A DNA stretch of 42,743 nucleotides from an uncultured Clostridia bacterium (lineage in GTDB: Bacteria; Acidobacteriota; Blastocatellia; UBA7656), in the NCBI GenBank assembly GCA_964588615.1, contig CAZPQE010000001.1, forward strand, positions 1 to 42,743. The letters are read 5' to 3'. Below, piece after piece: positions 33,664-42,743 of the stretch (its first letter is position 1; each line of letters opens with the position of its first letter). The notes beneath the pieces are model-generated. The model did no database searches and had not been told where the DNA came from. It saw only the letters and a list, made by a program, of their open reading frames with translations. The position numbers and the translations under genes are program-made.

Positions 33664-35004
33664 CTAAAGCGTCTTCAGATACTCGATCACCCCTCGCTTC
33701 TGTTTCTCCGTCAAATGAAATCCGAAAGAATGCCCGCCGTTGCCCAGCCCCGGAAGAGTCGTATCGATCACCCGACGGCGAGCTTCAGCAGGAAGGTCTT
33801 TCGATGCGGGAGCCGCGAGCGATTCGACTTTCAATCCCAGATCGCGTGTGTCGTAATCCTTGATCCCTGTGCGACGGAAGTATTTCGGTCGAGCCTCACT
33901 TGTCAGCACGCCATAAACAGTCGGAACCGAGCCGTTGTGAAAATACGGAGCCGATGCCCACACCCCGTCGAGCGGCGGAGCGACATATCCCACAGCGTCT
34001 TCTTCGGCGCGGGCGTTTGCCGCAAACCACGTTCTGTTGAAATAGGCGCGAAACTCTCTGGTCAATGCCTTGATCCTCACCGGATCAGTCCCAACCTGTT
34101 CGAGCGGCACGACCCGATTCGGATACTTGCCATCCGGCCCATAAGTCCCGTGACAGGCGGCGCAGTTCTGCTCGAATACTTTTTTGCCTTCCGAGGCGAG
34201 TTTCGCGTCAACAGGCCAGGGATAACGAGGAGGCTCGATGGTTCGAAGATAGGCGAGTATGTCTTTGAAATCCGCTTCCCACGATTTGATTTTTTCGCCG
34301 CTCGGCTCGCCCATCGTGAACTGCATGATCGGGCGCGTGAAATCTCCCTTGATACCGGCATCGACATAAAGCGCGGTCTTCTTTTTCAGATGCCACCAGG
34401 GTATGGGATCGAGGTCGGCGTCCTGATACTGTCCCACAGGCATCGGAGTGGCACGCGTCGAGAGGTCTTCGTTTCGGCGTCGAAGCAGTTCTATGCTGAA
34501 GACGAAAGCGTTCGTCCGTCCTCGACTCATGCCGAAACTCATATTGATTGGCCCCTTGAGTCCGGTCAGCTTAACCACGTCTTCGTAGAGCGTCTGCATG
34601 TCGAGTTCCGAGTTGGGAGTCCCGATGAAACTTTCGCCTGTGCCGGGAAGACGACCGCCGTGACACAGCATGCAGGTCTGCACCCATCCCATCTGAGTGG
34701 AGACGAACTGCATAGGCGCTCCGCCGTTTTCATAAGGCGCTTCCGAAAAACCGTATCGCTCAAGTGTGAGCGCGCGAATGCGGGCCGGGTCTTCAGGGTT
34801 TATTTTCGATTTCCACTCCGGCTCCCATACAGTCCACAGGCGCGAGAACATTTTCTCGTTGAGCAGAGGGAACCCGTAAGGCCGATGGGTGAGGTTGTAT
34901 CGCCCCCGCTCGGCTGCCGTCATCTCCGATGCCCGGTTTCCGTCGGCAAACGCTACGAAAACGAGCGCAGAAAAAAGAAAGACTGCGACGAACAATCGCT
35001 TCAT
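33664..35004 (-). CDS. Exported diheme c-type cytochrome
   Basis: Two CxxCH motifs (CMLCH, CAACH). Signal peptide MKRLFVAVFLFSALVFVAFA. GGGAGGAG Shine-Dalgarno upstream of the ATG at 35004. Confidence 0.7.
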   Translation of the reverse strand: MKRLFVAVFLFSALVFVAFADGNRASEMTAAERGRYNLTHRPYGFPLLNEKMFSRLWTVWEPEWKSKINPEDPARIRALTLERYGFSEAPYENGGAPMQFVSTQMGWVQTCMLCHGGRLPGTGESFIGTPNSELDMQTLYEDVVKLTGLKGPINMSFGMSRGRTNAFVFSIELLRRRNEDLSTRATPMPVGQYQDADLDPIPWWHLKKKTALYVDAGIKGDFTRPIMQFTMGEPSGEKIKSWEADFKDILAYLRTIEPPRYPWPVDAKLASEGKKVFEQNCAACHGTYGPDGKYPNRVVPLEQVGTDPVRIKALTREFRAYFNRTWFAANARAEEDAVGYVAPPLDGVWASAPYFHNGSVPTVYGVLTSEARPKYFRRTGIKDYDTRDLGLKVESLAAPASKDLPAEARRRVIDTTLPGLGNGGHSFGFHLTEKQKRGVIEYLKTL

Positions 35005-35052
35005 CAACATAACTCCTCCCAAAAAGCTATAGACTTCAAGAAAAAGAAGTTG

Positions 35053-35113
35053 GTAGTCCCGCCTTGAGGCGGAAGTATTAGCAGGCGAAACTTCCGCCTC
35101 AAGCCGGTACTAC
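35053..35113. repeat. Imperfect 24-bp inverted repeat (GTAGTCCCGCCTTGAGGCGGAAGT / ACTTCCGCCTCAAGCCGGTACTAC)
   Basis: 22 of 24 positions pair. Each arm contains its own small CCGCC-nnnn-GGCGG palindrome. An 8-bp hairpin, CAACAGGC-tgcca-GCCTGTTG, follows at 35193-35213. Confidence 0.7.
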
Positions 35114-35234
35114 GAACGAAAACATTTTCTTGATCACTATAGAGCAGGCTTGAAACCTGCGGGTTCCCCAAATTTTCATGCCTTCCATGTATCAACAGGC
35201 TGCCAGCCTGTTGTACATCGAATCAATCAAACAA

Positions 35235-35262
35235 CTGACCAGTGACAAAGGACAAATGACAA
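35235..35262. repeat. Heptanucleotide tandem tract (CTGACCA GTGACAA AGGACAA ATGACAA) related to the one at 13838-13879
   Basis: It shares TGACAAAGGAC(T/A)AATGACAA with the other locus. It abuts the stop codon (35264-35266) of the acyl-CoA dehydrogenase gene. Confidence 0.65.
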
Positions 35263-35263
35263 G

Positions 35264-36436
35264 CTACAGCTTCTCCTGCTTGACGATGATCTCCTTCATG
35301 ATCTCAGACGAGCCTGCGCCGATGGTGTGCAGTCGCACGTCGCGCCAGAAGCGACTGATCGGATAGTCGGTCGTGTAGCCGAATCCGCCGAATATCTGCA
35401 AACAGTCGTAGGCCACTTTCTGCGCAAGCTCGCTCGTAAAGAGTTTGGCCATCGTTATCTCGCGCACCGCCGCCTGTCCGTGATTGACAAGATCGAGCGC
35501 GCGATAGGTCAGCCATTTTGCCGCCTCGATGCTCGTCAAATGCTCGGCGAAGCGATGACGCCACACCTGATATTCTCCGACCGGCTTGCCGAAGGCCATG
35601 CGCTCTCTGCCGTATGCAATGGCCCACTCCATGGCCCGCTCCATCGAGCTTACAGCGCCGATGGCCGAAGCCAGTCGCTCGCCCTGGAAGTTGTGCATCG
35701 TGTAATAAAAACCCTTGTTCAGTTCTCCCAGCACGTAGCGCGCCGGTATGCGACAGTTGTCGAAGAAAAGCTCTGCGGTGTCTGATGACAGGTTGCCGAC
35801 TTTCTTCAACTTCTTGCCTACGGAAAAACCTTTCACGTCTGTCGGGAAGAGAACCATCGAGACGCCCTTGTAGCGGTCTTCGGCGGTGCGCACGGCGAGT
35901 ATCATGAAATCAGCGCGCGTGCCGTTGGTGATCCACAGCTTCTGGCCTGAGATGACCAGTTCATCGCCTTCTGTGCGCGCCCGCGTGGTGAGCGCGGCAA
36001 CGTCCGACCCGCCGCCCGGCTCGCTGATTCCGAGCGCGGCTATGCGGTCTCCGGCTATTGCCGGGCGCAAAAACTCTTCCTTCTGCTCATCGGTTCCGAG
36101 CTCGTCGAGCACAGGCAGAGTGATATCGGATTGCACCATCAAGGCCATTCCCACTCCGCCATTGTTTGCGTAGGAGAGACCTTCGAGATATGCGGCAGTC
36201 GCCCACCAGTCGAGTCCGCTGCCTCCGTATCGGGGATCGAGGCGGATGCCGAAGAGTCCGAGTTCGCCCGCTTTTTTGAAAAGGTCTTTCGGAAATATTC
36301 CGGCTTCGTCCCACTCCTCGGCGTGCGGAGTGATTTCATTGAGGCAGAACTGCCTGACCGTATCGCGCAGCATGAAGTGTTCTTCGTTGAAGTAAGGGTA
36401 TTCGGGATTGGTGGCCTTTTTGATTGCCTGTGCCAT
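35264..36436 (-). CDS. Acyl-CoA dehydrogenase, isovaleryl-CoA dehydrogenase-like
   Basis: ACAD fold. The C-terminal IGAGSSEI replaces the Y-E-G catalytic-Glu motif, and a GERL Glu lies mid-protein, as in IVD-type enzymes. GGAGGA Shine-Dalgarno for the ATG at 36436. It is adjacent to the MCC-like carboxylase genes. Confidence 0.8.
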   Translation of the reverse strand: MAQAIKKATNPEYPYFNEEHFMLRDTVRQFCLNEITPHAEEWDEAGIFPKDLFKKAGELGLFGIRLDPRYGGSGLDWWATAAYLEGLSYANNGGVGMALMVQSDITLPVLDELGTDEQKEEFLRPAIAGDRIAALGISEPGGGSDVAALTTRARTEGDELVISGQKLWITNGTRADFMILAVRTAEDRYKGVSMVLFPTDVKGFSVGKKLKKVGNLSSDTAELFFDNCRIPARYVLGELNKGFYYTMHNFQGERLASAIGAVSSMERAMEWAIAYGRERMAFGKPVGEYQVWRHRFAEHLTSIEAAKWLTYRALDLVNHGQAAVREITMAKLFTSELAQKVAYDCLQIFGGFGYTTDYPISRFWRDVRLHTIGAGSSEIMKEIIVKQEKL

Positions 36437-36553
36437 AAGGGATTCCTCCAGGGTTATTTTTGCAACAGTGTTTGAAACTCGGTTGAAGAAGCGTCCGGGA
36501 CCGTCGCGCCGACCACTCAACTTTGAAGGAACTGGCTGTCGAACTCAACCCTT

Positions 36554-38539
36554 TTATTCGGCAGCGGCGATCTGCACCAGCGGCTCGCCCGGAGCGACCA
36601 CCTGGCCCACCTTGACCAGTATCGCTTCGATCAGTCCGTCCGAAGCTGCCTTGATGGTCTGCTCCATCTTCATCGCTTCAAGGATTATGAGCGCGTCGCC
36701 CGCCGCGACCCGCTGGCCTTCGGCCACCAGAATCTTCAACACCTGGCCGGGCATCTGCGCGTTGGCCGTCTCATGCTCGGCAGCCGCGTGACGCTGAGGA
36801 TAACGGTCGAGTCTTAGGACTGCTCGCGCCGCATCCATCGAATGAACATAGAAAATATCGCCCGCTTCCACGACGCGGAACTCGCGCTGAATGCCGTCGA
36901 GCGAAAGGCGAATTCGGCCCGGCTCGCATGATAACACCCGCGCTTCGATCTGCCACTCCCCGCAACCGGCCTGATAAACATCGTCGCGGAGGCAGCGATA
37001 TGAAACCTCGAAGGCTTCTTCTCCAATCTGAAATCTGATCGAAGGGTCGCGGTAAGGGTTGTTGCGATAAGCGGTCGGTATGCGCGGAAGCGTTTTGTTT
37101 TCGGCGCGCCAACTCTTTTGCAGATACATCGCAACGATGATGGCCGCCTGCGCGTCGATTGCCTCATCCTTCACGCCGACAAGCGCGCCGAGATGCTCGC
37201 GGATGAATCCGGTGTGTACGTCTCCTCGACGGAAATCTTCCGTCTCAAGAAGTCGAATCAGAAAATCGCGGTTCGTCTGCGCGCCCTGAACCGACAACTG
37301 CTTCAAACCATAAACCAGCCGCCGAATCGCAGCCTCGCGGGTTTCTCCGCGCGCTATCAGCTTTGCAAGCATCGGGTCATAGTGAATCCCTGTCTCAGTC
37401 CCCGTTCCGATTCCCGTATCGACGCGCAACCCGTCATCGAGCGCAGGCAGATGCCAGTCGCAGATTTTCCCCGTAGCAGGCAGGAAATCATTGTCCGGGT
37501 CTTCGGCATAAAGCCGCGCTTCGATTGCGTGACTTCTTGAAATGACATCTTCCTGTTTCACACTGAGCGGTTTTCCTTCGGCGACTTCAATCTGAAGGCG
37601 GACGAGATCGAGCCCCGTAATCATTTCTGTGACGGGGTGCTCGACCTGAAGACGGGTGTTGACCTCGATGAAATAGAACTCGCCTTCGGGCGAGAGTATG
37701 AACTCGACTGTCCCGGCATTCGAGTAACCTATCGCCCGCCCGGCGGCGAGGGCCGCTTCGCCCATTCGCTTGCGGAGATCAGGGGTGAGAGCAGGCGAAG
37801 GACTCTCTTCAATGATCTTCTGATGTCGTCGCTGAATCGAGCAATCGCGCTCGAAGAGGTGAATCAGGTTTCCGTGAGTGTCGCCGAAAATCTGGAATTC
37901 GATGTGACGGGCGCGGTCGATATATTTCTCAAGAAGCAGCGAGCCGTCGCCGAACGCTTTTTCCGACTCGCGCGCTGCTGACCGGATCGCGTCCTCAAGC
38001 TCTCCGGCTTCATTCACGACGCGCATCCCTTTGCCGCCTCCGCCCGCAGAGGCTTTTATCAACACGGGCAATCCGATCTCGATCGCTTTTGCCTTGAGGG
38101 TCTCGACGCTTTGATCCTCTCCGTCATAGCCCGGCACGACTCTCACGCCGGCGCGAGACATCAACTGCCGCGCTGTGCTTTTGAGTCCCATCTGTCGAAT
38201 CGCGTCCGCCGAAGGGCCGATGAAAACGATTCCCGCGTCGGCACACGCTTCAGCAAATTCGGCATTTTCGGCCAGAAATCCATAGCCCGGATGAATCGCA
38301 TCCGCTTTCGTTCGCCGCGACGCTTCGATTATTTTTTCGATGTGAAGATAAGAATCCTTCGCCGCTGCCGGCCCGATGCGAACGGCTTCATCAGCGAACC
38401 GCGCATGCGGGGAATTTGCATCAGCATCCGAATAGACGGCAACCGTAGCGATGCCCATCCTGCGACACGCGCGAATGACGCGGACAGCTATCTCTCCGCG
38501 ATTGGCTATGAGGATTTTGCGAAATGATTTTCCGGTCAT
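36554..38539 (-). CDS. Biotin-dependent acyl-CoA carboxylase alpha subunit (biotin carboxylase + BCCP), methylcrotonyl/geranyl-CoA carboxylase type
   Basis: 661 aa. N-terminal ILIANRGEIAVRVIR, an ATP-grasp domain, and the C-terminal biotinylation motif EAMKME. Confidence 0.85.
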   Translation of the reverse strand: MTGKSFRKILIANRGEIAVRVIRACRRMGIATVAVYSDADANSPHARFADEAVRIGPAAAKDSYLHIEKIIEASRRTKADAIHPGYGFLAENAEFAEACADAGIVFIGPSADAIRQMGLKSTARQLMSRAGVRVVPGYDGEDQSVETLKAKAIEIGLPVLIKASAGGGGKGMRVVNEAGELEDAIRSAARESEKAFGDGSLLLEKYIDRARHIEFQIFGDTHGNLIHLFERDCSIQRRHQKIIEESPSPALTPDLRKRMGEAALAAGRAIGYSNAGTVEFILSPEGEFYFIEVNTRLQVEHPVTEMITGLDLVRLQIEVAEGKPLSVKQEDVISRSHAIEARLYAEDPDNDFLPATGKICDWHLPALDDGLRVDTGIGTGTETGIHYDPMLAKLIARGETREAAIRRLVYGLKQLSVQGAQTNRDFLIRLLETEDFRRGDVHTGFIREHLGALVGVKDEAIDAQAAIIVAMYLQKSWRAENKTLPRIPTAYRNNPYRDPSIRFQIGEEAFEVSYRCLRDDVYQAGCGEWQIEARVLSCEPGRIRLSLDGIQREFRVVEAGDIFYVHSMDAARAVLRLDRYPQRHAAAEHETANAQMPGQVLKILVAEGQRVAAGDALIILEAMKMEQTIKAASDGLIEAILVKVGQVVAPGEPLVQIAAAE

Positions 38540-38576
38540 TTTTCCAAAAGCGATGCGCTCGGCTTTAAGTGTCAGG

Positions 38577-39050
38577 TTAAGAAGCTTTCCGCGGAGAATG
38601 AAAGTTGTAAATCAAGTAACCTGATGCTCTGCCATCTACATCATTGGTCGGCAAAAATCTTGCTCCGCAAATCACCTTGCCAACAGCCTCTCGCAGTATA
38701 ACGGCTCCTGTTTGGATTCTTGCCCACTCAATAACGCCAGTGTTGATATTGATGACTACTTCAGCCTTTACTTCACCAGTTATGCCTTTTCTTTTTGCTT
38801 CGACAGGGTATATCGGTTTAGGCATTTTCATAGCCTTGCCATTGAGAATTCCGAGCCGAAATGTTACATCCGGTTTTGGTTTGTCGTTAGCGAGACAGCC
38901 TGCATCCGCGCTCTCCTTTTGTTCTTGCCTCCGCCCCTCGATGCGATCTGTCTGAGATGCTGCTTGTTCCGTGAAGATTGAGCAACAAACCAGAATGCAA
39001 AATATTATTAAACGGATCATCAAAGGCAAGAAAGTTGTTTTGTTACTCAT
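38577..39050 (-). CDS. TonB C-terminal-domain protein (short, membrane-anchored)
   Basis: N-terminal anchor FLPLMIRLIIFCILVCC. The C-terminal KPIYPVEAKRKGITGEVKAEVVININTGVIEWARI...ARFLP matches the TonB_C pattern. The gene is visibly more AT-rich than its flanks. The start at 39050 is uncertain. Confidence 0.6.
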   Translation of the reverse strand: MSNKTTFLPLMIRLIIFCILVCCSIFTEQAASQTDRIEGRRQEQKESADAGCLANDKPKPDVTFRLGILNGKAMKMPKPIYPVEAKRKGITGEVKAEVVININTGVIEWARIQTGAVILREAVGKVICGARFLPTNDVDGRASGYLIYNFHSPRKAS

Positions 39051-39100
39051 GATTCGTTTGGACACCTTTGGGGGAAAACAGTTCCGCCTGTCCCCCTCTT

Positions 39101-40696
39101 TCAATGCCGAAACACTCCCCATTCCATCGTGCCTTCTACGGGCCGGTTGTAGGCGGCTGAAAGCGAGATTGCCAGAACGGTTCGCGTCTCTCGCGGGTCG
39201 ATTATGCCGTCGTCCCACAGCCTGGCCGTAGCGAAGTAAGAATCAGACTCGCGCGTGATCTGGTCTTCCAACATCTTCCTCATCATAGTCACTTCCATAT
39301 CGTTTACCGGCACGCCCTGTTTTGCGGCGGCATCGCGCTTGATGATTTCCATCACCCCCGACAACTGCTGAGGCCCCATCACTGCTATGCGATGACTGGG
39401 CCAGGTGAACAAAAACCTCGGCTCGTAAGCACGCCCGCACATCGCATAATTTCCCGCCCCGTACGAACCGCCGATCATGATGGTGATTGCCGGAACGGTC
39501 GAGTTCGACACTGCATTGATAAGCTTTGCGCCGTTGCGGATGATTCCCTGTTCTTCATAAGCGCGGCCCACCATGAAACCGGTGATGTTCTGCAAAAAGA
39601 CCAGCGGGATGTCCTGTTGATTGCAAAGCTGTATGAACTGCGCGCCCTTGTTTGCCGATTCCGAAATCAACACGCCGTTGTTGGCCAGTATTCCGACCTG
39701 AAAACCGTGAATGTGAGCGAAGCCCGTAACGAGTGTTGTGCCGTATCTGGCTTTGAACTCATCGAACCGTGACCCATCGACTATGCGGGCGATCACTTCG
39801 CGCGCTTCGAACGGAACGCGAATGTCTGCTGAAGCGATGCCCAGCAATTCATCCATGTCGTAGATCGGCTCTTCGACTGCTTTGAGTCGCGGCCTGGGCG
39901 GAGGATCGGAGTAATGGCTTACGATGTCGCGCGCCTGTCGCAGTCCATCGAGTTCGTCTTCGGCCAGATAATCCGAAAGCCCTGACACGCGCGAGTGCAT
40001 TTCCGCGCCGCCGAGCGATTCTTCATCGACTATTTCGCCCGTTGCCATCTTCACCAGAGGCGGCCCGCCCAGGAAAACCTGAGCCTGCCGCTTGACCATT
40101 ATCACGTAATCAGACATGCCGGGCAGGTACGCCCCGCCTGCCGTCGAGTTGCCGAACACGACCGAGATGCTCGGTATTCGCTCCTTCGAGCGGCGGGTGA
40201 TTTCTCGAAAGCCTCGACCGCCGGGGACGAATATCTTCGCCTGAACCGGAAGGTCTGCGCCTGCCGATTCGACAAGCGATATTGAAGGCAATCGATTCTG
40301 GAATCCGACATCTGAAAGGCGGCGATTTTTCAACTGTCCGATTTCGCTCACCGCCCCGCCTTTGACTGTGGCTTCGTTGGCGACGATGATGCACTCTCGC
40401 CCTGAGACCAGTCCTATGCCTCCGACCGTTCCCGCTCCTGGAAATTCGTTTTCAATGCCTATGCCTGCAAGCGGCGCGATCTCCAGAAAGTAAGACCCCT
40501 CGTCGAGCAGCATCTCTATGCGCTCGCGGGGAAGCAGGCGACCACGCGCGAGATGTCGTTTGACATACTTTTCTCCGCCGCCTGTCGTAGTCGATGCGAG
40601 AGCGGCTCGGAGCTTTTCAACGCTTTCGAGATTTGCGGCGTAGTTGGCCCGGTAGGTGTCGGAGTTTTTGTCCGTGTGCGATTTTATAGGTTGCAT
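39101..40696 (-). CDS. Acyl-CoA carboxylase beta subunit (carboxyltransferase), methylcrotonyl/geranyl-CoA carboxylase type
   Basis: 531 aa with two crotonase-like CT domains ([22 protein letters not shown]...[10 protein letters not shown]...[12 protein letters not shown]). Confidence 0.85.
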   Translation of the reverse strand: MQPIKSHTDKNSDTYRANYAANLESVEKLRAALASTTTGGGEKYVKRHLARGRLLPRERIEMLLDEGSYFLEIAPLAGIGIENEFPGAGTVGGIGLVSGRECIIVANEATVKGGAVSEIGQLKNRRLSDVGFQNRLPSISLVESAGADLPVQAKIFVPGGRGFREITRRSKERIPSISVVFGNSTAGGAYLPGMSDYVIMVKRQAQVFLGGPPLVKMATGEIVDEESLGGAEMHSRVSGLSDYLAEDELDGLRQARDIVSHYSDPPPRPRLKAVEEPIYDMDELLGIASADIRVPFEAREVIARIVDGSRFDEFKARYGTTLVTGFAHIHGFQVGILANNGVLISESANKGAQFIQLCNQQDIPLVFLQNITGFMVGRAYEEQGIIRNGAKLINAVSNSTVPAITIMIGGSYGAGNYAMCGRAYEPRFLFTWPSHRIAVMGPQQLSGVMEIIKRDAAAKQGVPVNDMEVTMMRKMLEDQITRESDSYFATARLWDDGIIDPRETRTVLAISLSAAYNRPVEGTMEWGVFRH

Positions 40697-40772
40697 AGTC
40701 GTTGACGGCTTAAAAAGTTTTTGAGACAGTACTGAACCGAGTTCTGATTGTCAATCCACCGAAGGACGCGCA

Positions 40773-42119
40773 ATGAAAACCATTCGCATCGCCAACGGTC
40801 AGGGCTTCTGGGGCGACTGGCTCGAAGCGCCTGCGCAGTTAGTCGAACGCGGGCCGATAGATTACCTCACGCTCGATTATCTGGCCGAAATCACCATGTC
40901 GATCATGCAGAAACAGAAGTCGCGCGATCCTCGCCTGGGGTTTGCGCTCGACTTCGTTCCTGTGATGGCGCGCGTGCTTCCCCGTTGCGTCGAGGGCAAT
41001 ATCAAAGTCGTGGCAAATGCCGGAGGCGTCAATCCTCATGGCTGCGCTGCGGCTGTCTCCGAGACAGCGCACAAACTTGGCCTTGCGGTGAAGATCGGCG
41101 TTGTCGCGGGCGATGACATAATGGATCGCCTTGATGAGATGATCGCCGAAGGGATCGAATTCAAAAACCTCGACACCGGCGAACCGCTGTCGACGATCAG
41201 AGAAAAAGTGCAGAGCGCCAATGTCTACTTAGGCGCGGCTCCGATTGCCGAAGCTCTTGATCTTGGTGCGCAGATAGTCATCACCGGTCGATGCACTGAC
41301 ACAGGGCTTGCGCTCGGGCCGATGATGCATGAATTCAAATGGGAGGACTGGAATCGGCTTGCTTCGGGAACCATCGCCGGACACATCATCGAATGCGGCG
41401 CGCAGACTACGGGCGGCAACTGTCAGATCGCGTGGGAAGAGATACCTGACCTGTGGGACATCGGCTATCCAATCGTCGAAGCGTGCGAAGACGGGACTTT
41501 CACTGTGACCAAGCACGCGGGCACGGGCGGACGAGTGACAGTTGCCTCGGTCAAAGAGCAGTTGATGTACGAGATGGGCGACCCGCAAGAGTATATCACG
41601 CCCGACTGCATAGCCGATTTCACTACGATCCGACTTGAGCAGACGGGAGATAATCGCGTGCGCGTGTCGGGAGTCGGAGGGAGAGCGGCGACCGAGTTTT
41701 ATAAAGTATCGATCAGCTACTCTGCCGGATATAAAGCTGCAGGCTCGTTGATTTATTCGTGGCCCGATGCATATAAAAAAGCGAAGGCTGCTGATCAGAT
41801 GCTTCGCCGTCGTCTGGAGGCGCTGGGACTCAGATTCGACGCGATGCTCTCGCAATTCATAGGCGTCGATGCGTGTCACGGCGAGATTGCGGGCGAGCCG
41901 TCATCAGATATTGCTGAAGTGTTGTTGCGCGTCGCGGTGCGTTCGGAAAACAAAGCTATGGTCGAGCGGTTCACAAAAGAGCTTGCTCCTTTGGGACTAA
42001 GCGGCCCGCCTGCGGTTTGCGGACTTGGAAGCGGCAGGCCGAAAGTGGAAGAGATAGTAGCCTACTGGCCCGCGCTGATGCCGAAATCTGCAATCGCGCC
42101 GAAGGTGGAAATTCTCTGA
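40773..42119 (+). CDS. AtuA-like acyclic terpene utilisation protein (DUF1446)
   Basis: The N-terminus [16 protein letters not shown]...[15 protein letters not shown] and the block GRCTDTGL...[14 protein letters not shown] are typical of DUF1446/AtuA. Confidence 0.8.
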   Translation: MKTIRIANGQGFWGDWLEAPAQLVERGPIDYLTLDYLAEITMSIMQKQKSRDPRLGFALDFVPVMARVLPRCVEGNIKVVANAGGVNPHGCAAAVSETAHKLGLAVKIGVVAGDDIMDRLDEMIAEGIEFKNLDTGEPLSTIREKVQSANVYLGAAPIAEALDLGAQIVITGRCTDTGLALGPMMHEFKWEDWNRLASGTIAGHIIECGAQTTGGNCQIAWEEIPDLWDIGYPIVEACEDGTFTVTKHAGTGGRVTVASVKEQLMYEMGDPQEYITPDCIADFTTIRLEQTGDNRVRVSGVGGRAATEFYKVSISYSAGYKAAGSLIYSWPDAYKKAKAADQMLRRRLEALGLRFDAMLSQFIGVDACHGEIAGEPSSDIAEVLLRVAVRSENKAMVERFTKELAPLGLSGPPAVCGLGSGRPKVEEIVAYWPALMPKSAIAPKVEIL

Positions 42120-42123
42120 CGAG

Positions 42124-42642
42124 CTAATCCTCTCTGACTATCGCGTAGATGAATTCATCCATTGTCTGATTGTCTTTGGTGACCGCTTTGCGGAGTCGCG
42201 CTTCGAGTTGAAAGCCCGCTTTTTCGAGCACGCGCATCGATGCCGGATTCCATTCAAGCACTCCGGCGTAGAGGCGACACAGATCGAAATTCTCAAACGC
42301 ATAATCGACTATCGCGCGGACGGCTTCCGTCACTATCCCTCGACCCCAGAATTCTTCTCCGAGCCAGTAGCCGATTTCCGCCGAACGACTATAAATATCT
42401 TCTTTCAAAATCATCCCCACCCCGCCCACTGCCGCTCCGTCGACGACGATGGCGAAGTTCGTTATAGAGTCAGGCGGATTGGCTCCCTTTATCCACTCAA
42501 CCGCATCGTCCATCGTGTAAGGGTGAGGGAAGGCGTCGCGCACGTTGAGCCAGATTTTCCGATTGTTGGCGTGATGAATCAGAGACTCTTCATCTCCCTG
42601 CTGCCAGGGGCGAAGCGCGCAACGGCTGAGACGGATTTCCAT
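42124..42642 (-). CDS. GNAT family N-acetyltransferase (RimJ/RimL-like)
   Basis: 172 aa. The pattern LRPWQQGDEESL...IGYWLGEEFWGRGIVTEAVRAIVDYAF...NPASMRVLEKAGF is the canonical GNAT acetyl-CoA-binding pattern. Confidence 0.85.
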   Translation of the reverse strand: MEIRLSRCALRPWQQGDEESLIHHANNRKIWLNVRDAFPHPYTMDDAVEWIKGANPPDSITNFAIVVDGAAVGGVGMILKEDIYSRSAEIGYWLGEEFWGRGIVTEAVRAIVDYAFENFDLCRLYAGVLEWNPASMRVLEKAGFQLEARLRKAVTKDNQTMDEFIYAIVRED

Positions 42643-42743
42643 AAATCATCTCTCTCAAATTCGAGTTTAGACTATCGAGAAAATCTGTGACCAGTGAAGA
42701 CGGCGATAAATGGCTTGCATCTACCGCCGTCAGGCGGTGTTAT

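Noticed and set aside
33715-35067. 450-aa plus-strand ORF
   Set aside because: It is antisense to the diheme cytochrome c gene (CxxCH x2, signal peptide, strong Shine-Dalgarno). It is Arg/Ser/His-rich and has no motifs.
1-42743. Prophage, integrative element or IS insertion as the source of the accessory genes
   Set aside because: I could not find an integrase, transposase, recombinase, tRNA attachment site or phage structural gene in any frame. The accessory content appears as small isolated modules rather than one island.

Overview
A 42.7-kb segment that looks chromosomal, from a moderately GC-rich bacterium. The gene families, the many exported peptidases and the intergenic palindromes suggest Acidobacteriota, but that is an unverified guess. 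I can support about 40 protein-coding genes and two adjacent pseudogenes. I recognise no rRNA, tRNA, CRISPR array, transposase, integrase or phage structural gene.

Layout:
(i) 1-6.4 kb: a 5'-truncated Gfo/Idh/MocA oxidoreductase, an APC permease, a 540-bp spacer filled with repeats, an amidohydrolase-2 enzyme, a 620-bp hairpin-rich spacer with no credible gene, and an S10 carboxypeptidase.
(ii) 6.8-9.3 kb: a DUF4160/DUF2442 pair, a YbjN-like gene plus coaE, and a decayed DUF433/DUF5615 (PIN-like) pair.
(iii) 9.3-13.8 kb: a ClpA/C-like AAA+ protein whose second ATPase module has lost its Walker A/B catalytic residues, preceded by an unknown 142-aa protein. This pair is divergent from a CysO/MoaD-like ubiquitin-fold domain fused to a MoeZ-type E1 plus rhodanese.
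(iv) 13.9-17.2 kb: a GlcD-like FAD oxidase, an overlapping PD-(D/E)xK-like / PIN-like two-gene cassette, and DUF169.
(v) 17.2-33.1 kb: one uninterrupted minus-strand array. It holds an AraC regulator and a complete trans-4-hydroxy-L-proline catabolic operon (epimerase, three-subunit D-Hyp dehydrogenase, deaminase, KGSA dehydrogenase). These are followed by four exported hydrolases: an M14 carboxypeptidase, an M24 Xaa-Pro aminopeptidase, a GH127 beta-L-arabinofuranosidase and a DUF885 protein.
(vi) 33.3-42.7 kb: a diheme cytochrome c, a leucine/terpenoid-type acyl-CoA module (IVD-like dehydrogenase and methylcrotonyl-CoA-carboxylase-like alpha and beta subunits, interrupted by an AT-rich TonB-C gene), a divergent AtuA/DUF1446 gene, and a GNAT acetyltransferase.

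The best candidates for something new are:
- the peptidase + GH127 + hydroxyproline array, read as a locus for using plant hydroxyproline-rich glycoproteins;
- the nuclease-like two-gene cassette at 15.4-16.4 kb;
- the Clp paralog with a dead D2 module and its non-ClpS upstream partner;
- the Ubl-E1-rhodanese fusion;
- an oriented ~70-bp palindromic repeat family that nests inside other palindromes and supplies the 3' end of one gene.

All functional calls rest on motif and family recognition by eye. No database search was run.
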